Shown: positions 7,477-15,170 of the stretch, piece by piece
How the letters are laid out: every line of letters starts with the position of its first letter
Position numbering within the stretch: the stretch's first letter is position 1
Source: an uncultured Pseudomonadota bacterium
GTDB taxonomy: Bacteria > Myxococcota_A > UBA796
Reading direction: 5' to 3'
Assembly (NCBI GenBank): GCA_937127265.1
Contig: CAKZLX010000462.1
Location: 1-33,036, forward strand
Length of the DNA stretch: 33,036 nt
Notes under the pieces: model-generated
What the model was told of the DNA's origin: nothing
The model's database searches: none
Seen by the model: the letters and a program-made list of their open reading frames with translations, nothing else
Made by a program: the position numbers and the translations under genes

Positions 7477-7508
7477 CCATTCAAACACACTACTAGTATA
7501 GCAGATTA

Positions 7509-9404
7509 TTAACCTACTTGCATTGGAGTTTGTGAGAAACGGATTCGGACAAACTCTGCTGGGAAGACTGGACGGATTTGAACGTCAACAGTGAGCAATC
7601 CAGAGCGAATGTCTGCTTCAGGGTTGTTCTCTTTGTCACATTGTACAGTGAAAGAGTCTTGCCATGAATCACCGTCCAACATTCCTTCGTTGTAGCAACG
7701 GAACAAGAATGCGGCGATTGAGTTCTTGAGGTTCTCACGAGTTTGGTTGTTGTTTGGTTGGAATACAGCCCAGTTGACAGAGTCACGAACTGAACGCTCA
7801 ACAAACAAGAACAAACGACGAACGTTGACGTAGTTCCACAATGCATCAGCGGCAACAGTACGAGCACCCCAAATACGGATACCAGCACCAGGACGATGAC
7901 GAATAATGTTGATCCCTTTGACGTTCAATGAAGCTTGCTCGCGATCGGATACAGAAGTAACCAATTCGGCGACACCCAATACAGGCTCATTGGCAGGTGC
8001 TTTATGTACACCACCACCAGCTTTAGTGTCAGTACCAGCGATCACACCAGCAACGAAACCAGCAGGAGGAGCAACGATGTACTTATCACTTGGACCAGTA
8101 GACAATGGATTGTCAACGATCAACCATGGTGAGTAAACAGCACCGTGACCTTTGTCATCACGTGGAGTACAACGATCCAATACGATATCAGCAGCAAAGC
8201 CTAAGAAACGCAATTCCTTTGAAGATGGCTCAGCCAACACTTGCATTTCACGTACTTCGTATGAACCACCAGCTTTTAACCAGCGAGTTTCAGTCACTTC
8301 AACACCGCGAGGAGGCTTAGTCATCAAGTAACGAGGGGCTTCAAGAACAGCAAAGAGGTCACCACGTCCAGCAGGACCAGCATATTCAAGAATCGCTTGT
8401 TGCCAACCGAACTCCAAACCAGGAGCACACAACATAGCGACAGCAGAGGCACCATCATATGCTTTTTCAAGGAAGGCACGTTTTGCAGGTCCACCAGTTC
8501 CTTCAGCTTGCAAGGCAACAGCAGGGAAAGCAGTAGCACCACCGTTTGAGAAGAAACCGACCAAAGACAGTTCCAAACGACGCATACCGGGATGAGTACG
8601 AACCCAGTTCAACCAAGCGTTTTGAGCAGATGCATCCAAAGAATCCCACATGATCTCAGCTTTTGATGGTGTCATCTTCTTGTCGCCTTCCAACAAGATT
8701 TGAACGAACAAGTTTGCAGACCATTCTGTACGCCATGCGTGGAAACCGTCCATTGAAGAAAATGAAGGAGCAGTTCCGTGCATACGTTCATGGATTGCAT
8801 CAACATCGACAGTGATTGGCTTTTGGGTTTTATCAACACAGCCAAGTTCACCAGTGTGAGCAACGCCTTGTTCTTCAGCGTGTGCTGCAATCAATTCCAT
8901 TACTTTGTTTGAAGCTTCAGAGAAACTCAAGTCCCATTCTGCTTTTGAAGAAGCGTCAACTGTGACACTCATCAATGCGCGAGATACAGGAAAACGAAGC
9001 ATTTCACCTTTGGCAGATGACATGGTAACTTTACTATCACCAGTTGGAGATTTCACATCCCACTGACCAGGAAGTACTTCAGATACCAACTGTTGGAATT
9101 CATTTCCAGCAACGGCAGGCTTGTCATCCTTTTTACCTTTCGACTTTTTATCATCTTTGCTTGCGGCAGGAGCATCGCTAGCAGGCGCCAAACGACGGAA
9201 GGCACGTGCACGATTCCAATACATGTGAACGTCTTCAGTAGAGCCAGGCAAGTACATGTTAGATGCACCACCGCCACCAGGGACGAATTGGGTTGGGATT
9301 TCAATAACGGCTACAAAGCCTGTTTCAGTTGTTGAAGAAGCCTGTACTGGACGTGGTCCATTTGAGATCTCTTCAATGTAAACACCAGGAGTACGGTAGT
9401 TCAT
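7509..9404 (-). CDS. Contractile tail sheath protein (Afp2/Pvc2/TssC-like fold family), 631 aa
   Basis: The N-terminus MNYRTPGVYIEEISNG is the canonical sheath start. It also has the FFSNGG motif and the C-terminal segment GINIIRHRPGAGIRIWGARTV...WNYVNVRRLFLFVERSV. I place the start at ATG 9404 (GGAG 8 nt upstream) rather than at the TTG at 9416 used by the ORF track. Confidence 0.92.
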   Translation of the reverse strand: MNYRTPGVYIEEISNGPRPVQASSTTETGFVAVIEIPTQFVPGGGGASNMYLPGSTEDVHMYWNRARAFRRLAPASDAPAASKDDKKSKGKKDDKPAVAGNEFQQLVSEVLPGQWDVKSPTGDSKVTMSSAKGEMLRFPVSRALMSVTVDASSKAEWDLSFSEASNKVMELIAAHAEEQGVAHTGELGCVDKTQKPITVDVDAIHERMHGTAPSFSSMDGFHAWRTEWSANLFVQILLEGDKKMTPSKAEIMWDSLDASAQNAWLNWVRTHPGMRRLELSLVGFFSNGGATAFPAVALQAEGTGGPAKRAFLEKAYDGASAVAMLCAPGLEFGWQQAILEYAGPAGRGDLFAVLEAPRYLMTKPPRGVEVTETRWLKAGGSYEVREMQVLAEPSSKELRFLGFAADIVLDRCTPRDDKGHGAVYSPWLIVDNPLSTGPSDKYIVAPPAGFVAGVIAGTDTKAGGGVHKAPANEPVLGVAELVTSVSDREQASLNVKGINIIRHRPGAGIRIWGARTVAADALWNYVNVRRLFLFVERSVRDSVNWAVFQPNNNQTRENLKNSIAAFLFRCYNEGMLDGDSWQDSFTVQCDKENNPEADIRSGLLTVDVQIRPVFPAEFVRIRFSQTPMQVG

Positions 9405-9877
9405 AGTTTTCTCCAAAATTTAGAGCGTGAGTTGTTGATTGAGAATTGTGTCGATGGATTCGAACGTTCAAAGGGTGGGTGAATGACCATTGTGCCTCCG
9501 ACCACTTTCTGGGACAATACATGTCGCATTGGACCCATCGAGCGTTGTGTCGTTAGAGCAATCAAAGGATATCGAACCCCTCTTTGACCTTGTAATACAT
9601 CTTGTTGCTTGCGCAATTGTTTTTTTGAATGAGCATCTGGAGAAAGCCATTTATCAGAACCCAACTTTCGCACCAATGGTTTGAACATGGGTGTTAACAA
9701 TGGAATTTCATCAGATTGCATAAAGACTATCACAGAATTGAAGTTGTCAATACATTGAAGACGAAAAAAATTTTCATCAACGTTCTTTTTTAACACTTTT
9801 TTGGTATCAAAGCACATAAAAACAATCCGAAGACCTCTTTGACATTTTGTCATTACACTTGTAAGACCCATTGTCAA
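9401..9877 (-). CDS. Doubtful 158-codon ORF filling the CIS leader; no recognisable domain
   Basis: The start is a TTG and the first ATG is at 9871; neither has a Shine-Dalgarno sequence. The stop TGA overlaps the sheath ATG (ATGA at 9401-9404). An internal ATG at 9490, preceded by GGAGG (9495-9499), would give a 29-aa peptide ending at the same ATGA. The 158-codon ORF may be a real small gene or a chance ORF in a leader; the 29-aa internal frame could alternatively act as a uORF. Confidence 0.2.
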   Translation of the reverse strand: MTMGLTSVMTKCQRGLRIVFMCFDTKKVLKKNVDENFFRLQCIDNFNSVIVFMQSDEIPLLTPMFKPLVRKLGSDKWLSPDAHSKKQLRKQQDVLQGQRGVRYPLIALTTQRSMGPMRHVLSQKVVGGTMVIHPPFERSNPSTQFSINNSRSKFWRKL

Positions 9878-9884
9878 AATGACA
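9840..9884. promoter_or_regulatory. Pair of 13-nt palindromes, TGACAtttTGTCA (9840-9852) and TGTCAaaaTGACA (9872-9884), centres 32 nt apart. Candidate activator/operator (UAS) sites.
   Basis: Read directly from the sequence. Each site has perfect 5-nt inverted arms with a 3-nt spacer. They lie 62 and 94 nt upstream of the -24 element of the sigma-54-like promoter. Confidence 0.45.
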
Positions 9885-9938
9885 TCCCTACTAGTTAACG
9901 CTCTATAAAAATGGGTACTATACGATCATTTTAGTAAC

Positions 9939-9954
9939 TGGCATGAATATTGCT
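9939..9954 (+). promoter_or_regulatory. Sigma-54 (RpoN) type -24/-12 promoter upstream of gspC
   Basis: TGGCATgaataTTGCT matches the TGGCAC-N5-TTGCW consensus at 10 of 11 specified positions, with the exact GG-N10-GC spacing. The predicted start of transcription is about 55 nt upstream of the gspC ATG. Confidence 0.55.
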
Positions 9955-10018
9955 AATAAGGTATATGATAGAACTATATTAACGTTTTACTTTCTCGAAT
10001 TTTTTACTTTGGTTTTGT

Positions 10019-10954
10019 ATGACTACACCTTCTACAAAATGGTTTGCTATCGGCTCTTTTGGCATATCAACCGTGCTTGCCTACCTTGGAGGCTTTGCTG
10101 GCTCTTCGTTTTTGGAAAGACAAATTGCCACTAACGATGTTGCTCCTGAAATGGAAATGTCGACCCAAGACAAACCTTCACAAAACAATACAGCACCAAA
10201 AAAAAGCGCTCGCAACCGTAAACGCACTCCACAAGAACGTGAATATGTTCAAAACATTGTCAACCGAAGTATCTTCGATTCAACCCAAGCAGGAAAAAAA
10301 AGCACGGTCATTTCTGATCCTGTAGAGGGCGACTCAGTAGAATCGAGTTTGCAGTTAACCTTATTGGCTACTATCATTGCTCAACCTGCCAAATACAGCG
10401 TGGCATTGATCCAAGACGAAACAAGTGGAGCAAACACCTATGGCGTCGGATATGACTTAATCGGTCAGGCAACCGTCACCAAAATTGAAAAGAATCGTGT
10501 TTACTTCCAACGCAACAACTCGGAGCAATTGGAGTATATTGAGATCGGCGGAGAAACACCGAGTAAAGAGCCCGGTACAACAAAGAAAACAGGGACCACT
10601 GCTGAGGATGGCGCCATTCAAAAGGTTGGAAACAACAAATATGTTGTGGATCAATCTGTACTGGATGAAATCCTAGCCAATCCTGAGAAATTATACACCC
10701 AAGTTCGGGTCACGCCACATAAAGATGCCGATGGAAATATCGATGGATACCGAATGACTGGAATCCGTAGAAAGTCCCTCTTCTATAAACTGGGGATCAA
10801 AAATGGCGACATTGTACACAGTGTGAATGGCCAACAATTAAATAGTTTATCCTCCGCTATGGATGCCTACAACTCCCTCGGTAACTCTAGAGATTTTAAT
10901 TTCGACGTTACTCGACGCAAAAATAAACAAACTTTTGAATACGAAGTTCGATAA
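10019..10954 (+). CDS. gspC: Type II secretion system protein GspC (N-terminal TM segment, C-terminal PDZ domain)
   Basis: 311 aa. It has a TM segment FAIGSFGISTVLAYLGGFAG and a C-terminal PDZ-like segment GYRMTGIRRKSLFYKLGIKNGDIVHSVNGQQLNS. It is the first gene of the gsp operon, directly upstream of the secretin. Confidence 0.8.
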   Translation: MTTPSTKWFAIGSFGISTVLAYLGGFAGSSFLERQIATNDVAPEMEMSTQDKPSQNNTAPKKSARNRKRTPQEREYVQNIVNRSIFDSTQAGKKSTVISDPVEGDSVESSLQLTLLATIIAQPAKYSVALIQDETSGANTYGVGYDLIGQATVTKIEKNRVYFQRNNSEQLEYIEIGGETPSKEPGTTKKTGTTAEDGAIQKVGNNKYVVDQSVLDEILANPEKLYTQVRVTPHKDADGNIDGYRMTGIRRKSLFYKLGIKNGDIVHSVNGQQLNSLSSAMDAYNSLGNSRDFNFDVTRRKNKQTFEYEVR

Positions 10955-10987
10955 CAACTCGCCCTTACAGTCTATAAGGAACCTTAC

Positions 10988-13573
10988 ATGTTCAATTTTT
11001 CCTATCTATTGCTTACACAACTGGTATTTGCCGAACAACCGGCATTGTCTCCTCAAAAAACCATCGGACCCAAAGCATTACCACCCAGAATAAACTTGGA
11101 TGGCACTTCACCTGTTCTTGAAGAACAACGCCGTCAAAAAGAGGAAGAAGCTAAAGCGGCTGAAGAAAAGGCTAAAGCCGAAGCCGCAAAAAATGCTGGT
11201 GGAGAACCTGGAAATAATGAGATTCGAATCGGATCCAATATGGGTGCCGTGCCGGCCAATTACGCTTCCATCAATGGTGCTAGCAAAGTCGAATTCAATT
11301 TCCCACAAGGCATTGAGTTGATGCAATTAATTAAAATGATGGCTCAAGCCACTGGAAGAAACTTCATTCTCGGGAATGATATCAAAGGCTCCGTGACCGT
11401 AATTTCTCACAAGTCGTTGACCGTTCCCGAAGCTTATGAGGCTTTCTTGAGCATCTTAGAAGTCAGTGGATACACCACAGTTGCGGTTGGACAAAACCTC
11501 AAAATCGTTTCCACTTCCGGTGCTAGTAATTCACCATTGCGCTATGGATACGATGGCGCAATCCCCAGCACTGACAATTTCATCACCCAAATTATTCAGT
11601 TGGAAAATGTTTCCGTTTCTGACATTTCTCCGATTGTGAAAGATCTCTCGGGTAAGTCTGCCAAAATCATAACCTACGCCCCCACCAATACACTGATTAT
11701 CACCGATGCTGGAGTGAACATCAAACGGGTTTATGACATTATTTCCAAAATGGACGTGGCTGCACCCAAAAGCCAGATGCGGATCATTCCTTTACAACAC
11801 GCCACTGCCTCTGATGTGCAGCAAATTATCAATGAATTGTACGGAGATGATGGTTCTCAAAGCACCTCCAAAACAAAATCCAGCACAAGTTCTCGTAGAA
11901 ACCGTCGTTCCAAATCTAAAAAGAGCACACCCGCTTCAAGTAGTGCCACCAATGTTGGTAGTGAAGAAAAGTACATTGAAAAAATTATTTCCGATGAACG
12001 GACCAACTCTTTGATTGTGATGGCCAATGAAAATGCCTTGGATACCATCACCAAACTGATCAAAGACTTGGATGTGGATGTAGATCCCGCTTCTCGTGCA
12101 CAGATTCACGTTGTTTATTTAGAGCACGCCAAAGCCGAAGACATTGCCCAAGTTCTCAGCAATCTTTCTCAAAACACCAGTGGAAACTCGCGAACAAACT
12201 CACGAAATAGCAGAACATCTAGAACCTCTCGCAATACCACAAACAACAATGCAAAAGCGGATGCCGATGCGGATTCATCTGTTGTCGCCGCCTTTGATTC
12301 GGGAATCCGGATTACCCATGATGAAAACACCAATTCCTTGGTCATTATCGCCACGCCCGATCAAATTCAATATGTCAAACAAGTCATCGAAAAGTTAGAC
12401 ATCCGTCGTAAACAAGTGTTCGTAGAGGCCGTTGTATTGGAACTTGCCAGTGATGAGACCTTCGACTTTGGGATGGGTGCACACTTGGGTAAACCCAATG
12501 ACGATGGATCACTGTCGATTTTCAGTTCACAGTTAAACGGATCCTCTTTTGGGCTATCCGCGGATCTACTGACAGGGATGGCGATGGGTGTATTTGGCGA
12601 ACCGGTTTCGGTCAGTGTCAGCGACGGTCTTGGAGGAACCTCCTCCTTGGCAGTACCGGCATTTGGAATTGCCTTAAATGCATTACAAAGCAATTCTTCG
12701 GTTAACATTTTATCCACACCAAACATTTTAACCCTAGACAACGAAGAAGCAGCCATCATTGTCGGTCGAAACATTCCCTTTCCAGTCTCAACTGGTCGTG
12801 ACAACAACAACAATCCCATCGTTTCTTACCAACGTGAAGACGTAGCGATCACCCTCAAAGTCACCCCACAAATTAACGAGTCGAACTACGTCACCCTTAC
12901 CGTATTTCAAGAAGTACAAGAAGTGGAAGAAGACTCACAAGGTCTAGACGTATCTACTGCTGGATTCATCACATCTAAGCGCTCTGCGGATACTACAGTG
13001 CTGGTAAAAGACAATCAAACCGTGGTCATCGGCGGACTCATTGGAACAACCGATACCAGTGTTGCCACCAAAGTACCCATCCTAGGAGATATTCCCATCA
13101 TTGGAAAAATGTTCCGTGGAAATCGAACTTCCTCTCGAAAGTCAAACATGCTGATCTTTCTCACACCACACGTAATTGATGACGAAAGCGATCTCGAAGA
13201 AGTCTATCGGGTTAAAGTGGCACAGCGACAAGAGTTCATTCGTCGCTTTTATGGAAAAAGTCGCCAACAGCAAGAAGTCGAATTGGAAAAATTACTGCAA
13301 TACAGCATGAACCACATCGACAAGCCTTCAGTCTACCGTGGCAATGAACGCAAAGAAAACAACTGGGAAGTTATCGGTTCTCAAGCACCTGTGGCTGCAC
13401 CAATTGAATCAACTCCTTCTGTCGACACAGATACCCTTGATACTGATAGTGACATGGAACCAACGGAAAGCATCGACGAACGCATTGAAGTCATCGATAA
13501 CGAGGACAGTGAGGTTGACGAAACCAATGTGAAAAACGATACTACCAGTCCTGATACTGAGGAGAATCCATAA
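10988..13573 (+). CDS. gspD: Type II secretion system secretin GspD
   Basis: 861 aa. The N0/N1-N3 domains (IELMQLIKMMAQATGRNFILGNDIKGSVTV...) and the secretin core (NILSTPNILTLDNEEAAIIVGRNIPF...VPILGDIPIIGKMFR...MLIFLTPHVI) are unmistakable. Several Ser/Arg/Asn/Thr low-complexity loops and an acidic C-terminal tail are present. Confidence 0.95.
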   Translation: MFNFSYLLLTQLVFAEQPALSPQKTIGPKALPPRINLDGTSPVLEEQRRQKEEEAKAAEEKAKAEAAKNAGGEPGNNEIRIGSNMGAVPANYASINGASKVEFNFPQGIELMQLIKMMAQATGRNFILGNDIKGSVTVISHKSLTVPEAYEAFLSILEVSGYTTVAVGQNLKIVSTSGASNSPLRYGYDGAIPSTDNFITQIIQLENVSVSDISPIVKDLSGKSAKIITYAPTNTLIITDAGVNIKRVYDIISKMDVAAPKSQMRIIPLQHATASDVQQIINELYGDDGSQSTSKTKSSTSSRRNRRSKSKKSTPASSSATNVGSEEKYIEKIISDERTNSLIVMANENALDTITKLIKDLDVDVDPASRAQIHVVYLEHAKAEDIAQVLSNLSQNTSGNSRTNSRNSRTSRTSRNTTNNNAKADADADSSVVAAFDSGIRITHDENTNSLVIIATPDQIQYVKQVIEKLDIRRKQVFVEAVVLELASDETFDFGMGAHLGKPNDDGSLSIFSSQLNGSSFGLSADLLTGMAMGVFGEPVSVSVSDGLGGTSSLAVPAFGIALNALQSNSSVNILSTPNILTLDNEEAAIIVGRNIPFPVSTGRDNNNNPIVSYQREDVAITLKVTPQINESNYVTLTVFQEVQEVEEDSQGLDVSTAGFITSKRSADTTVLVKDNQTVVIGGLIGTTDTSVATKVPILGDIPIIGKMFRGNRTSSRKSNMLIFLTPHVIDDESDLEEVYRVKVAQRQEFIRRFYGKSRQQQEVELEKLLQYSMNHIDKPSVYRGNERKENNWEVIGSQAPVAAPIESTPSVDTDTLDTDSDMEPTESIDERIEVIDNEDSEVDETNVKNDTTSPDTEENP

Positions 13574-15168
13574 TGGGTATCCGTCGTGTAGCATCCGTTT
13601 CTCTTGAAGAAGATGTCTCTTTGGTTGAGCAAGCCAAGGCCGTTGGTCTGCCTTTTTTGGAAGCCTTAAACCTTGATGAGTTAGATGCTCAATTTATTCG
13701 TCAACTGTCTTTGGGATTGGTGCGTGAACAGATGGCACTACCACTGTGGATAAAAGATGGTCATTTGGAAGTTGCCATCGCCTCCACTGATCGTTTCCAA
13801 CTGCTAGATGAATATCGTATATTCTTTGGACATCCTATCCAACCAGTATTGGTACCAGCTAAGGCATTACCCGAATGGATTAACCAAGCATTTGATCGCG
13901 CCACACAATCTGCTTCTGACGTGATGGAAGAAATGGAACGCGATGGTGAAGTCGAACGTGAAGGTGAAATCTTAGTCGGTGAAGACTTGTTGGACAACCC
14001 TCAAGCCGCACCTATTGTACGTTTCGTAAACTCTTTATTGAGTCAAGCGATCAAACAAAAAGCATCCGACATTCACATCGAACCGTTTGAAAAGGGACTA
14101 TCCGTTCGTATGCGTGTAGATGGGGTTCTTCAACAAGACGTACAACCTCCGCGTGCTTGGAAGGGTCAATTGGCCTCTCGGATCAAAGTGATGTCTTTTT
14201 TGGATATCGCCAAGAAAAATGTGCCCCAAGATGGTCGTATTCGAACCCGAATGGCAGGACGCGAAATCGACATTCGTGTTTCCACAATGCCCGTTCGACA
14301 CGGTGAACGAGTGGTGATGCGGATTTTGGAAAAGCAAACCAACTTCTCTTTGGATGGGGTTGGGATGGCTGTGGACACCTTGGAAACTTTTCGTGAGATC
14401 ATCAAGATACCTTATGGGATTATTTTGGTCTGTGGGCCCACCGGTTCTGGAAAGACCACCACTTTGTATTCAGCACTGTCTGAAATCAACTCTCCAGATA
14501 AAAACATCCTGACCATTGAAGATCCAATTGAATATGAACTGGCAGGAATCGGTCAAACCCAAGTCAACCATAAAATTGGGCTCGACTTTGCCCGCGTTGT
14601 ACGTGCTCACCTTCGTCAAGATCCCGATGTGATTTTGATTGGGGAAACCCGTGACAAAGAAACCGCCGAAAATGCTATCCAAGCATCTTTGACCGGTCAC
14701 TTGGTGTTCTCCACCATCCACACCAATGATTCGCCAACGGCTTTTACACGCTTGATTGATATGGGCATCGAACCGTTTTTGGTCGCCACCTCACTCACGG
14801 CAGTATTGGCTCAACGATTGGTTCGTCGCTTGTGTGAACACTGTAAAACGCCATATCAGCCAAGCGATTCTGAGTTGGCAAAAATGGACATTGATCAACA
14901 CATGCACTACTACTCTGGTATCCTCTACAAAGCCAAGGGATGTCCGGAATGTTCCAACAAGGGATACTCTGGTCGTATGGGGATTTATGAACTGATGATT
15001 GTCGATGAAGATATTCGTCGCATGGTTGCCCAAGGGAAAGATGCAGCCGAAATTATGCAATTATGTGTGTCGAAAGGCATGCGCACCCTCCGTGGTGATG
15101 GAATGATCAAAGTATTACAGGGGTTCACATCCATGGATGAAATCTTCCGAGTCGCTTCAGGAGGGTAA
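13573..15168 (+). CDS. gspE: Type II secretion ATPase GspE
   Basis: 531 aa. Walker A motif GPTGSGKTT, and the segment RQDPDVILIGETRD. Tetracysteine CEHC...CPEC. The TAATG start overlaps the gspD stop. Confidence 0.95.
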   Translation: MGIRRVASVSLEEDVSLVEQAKAVGLPFLEALNLDELDAQFIRQLSLGLVREQMALPLWIKDGHLEVAIASTDRFQLLDEYRIFFGHPIQPVLVPAKALPEWINQAFDRATQSASDVMEEMERDGEVEREGEILVGEDLLDNPQAAPIVRFVNSLLSQAIKQKASDIHIEPFEKGLSVRMRVDGVLQQDVQPPRAWKGQLASRIKVMSFLDIAKKNVPQDGRIRTRMAGREIDIRVSTMPVRHGERVVMRILEKQTNFSLDGVGMAVDTLETFREIIKIPYGIILVCGPTGSGKTTTLYSALSEINSPDKNILTIEDPIEYELAGIGQTQVNHKIGLDFARVVRAHLRQDPDVILIGETRDKETAENAIQASLTGHLVFSTIHTNDSPTAFTRLIDMGIEPFLVATSLTAVLAQRLVRRLCEHCKTPYQPSDSELAKMDIDQHMHYYSGILYKAKGCPECSNKGYSGRMGIYELMIVDEDIRRMVAQGKDAAEIMQLCVSKGMRTLRGDGMIKVLQGFTSMDEIFRVASGG

Positions 15169-15170
15169 GA

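Noticed and set aside
7514-7888. A 124-aa same-strand, alternative-frame ORF inside the sheath gene
   Set aside because: It is fully nested in the conserved sheath C-terminal domain. Its Cys/Ser/Thr-rich nonsense-like composition suggests a consequence of the strong codon bias rather than an overlapping gene.
1-9404. Interpretation of the tail-like genes as a myovirus prophage or an R-type tailocin
   Set aside because: There are no head, portal, terminase, lysis, integrase or repressor genes in 33 kb, and no att-like or tRNA flank. The gene order and the Afp7-like and gp19-like tube paralogs fit CIS better than P2- or T4-type tails. This is not fully excluded, because the left part of the locus is outside the window.
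9451-9475. A GTTCGAATCC-like motif (minus strand) resembling a tRNA T-loop
   Set aside because: The flanking bases do not form a T-stem (GAACG versus CCATC), and no acceptor, D or anticodon arms can be drawn. The motif is part of the small palindromes GAACGTTC and TTCGAA.
9943-10134. A 63-aa plus-strand ORF starting inside the sigma-54 promoter and overlapping the gspC start
   Set aside because: It would begin upstream of the predicted transcription start. It overlaps gspC out of frame, has an implausible Phe/Tyr/Cys/Trp-rich composition, and has no RBS.
11860-12290. Ser/Thr/Arg/Asn low-complexity DNA in gspD (SSTSSRRNRRSKSKK..., NSRTNSRNSRTSRTSRNTT...), considered as a possible repeat or contingency locus
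   Set aside because: The nucleotide sequence is not a simple tandem repeat. The segments fall in inter-domain loops of the secretin, where disordered linkers are tolerated. I treat this as a compositional feature of the protein only.
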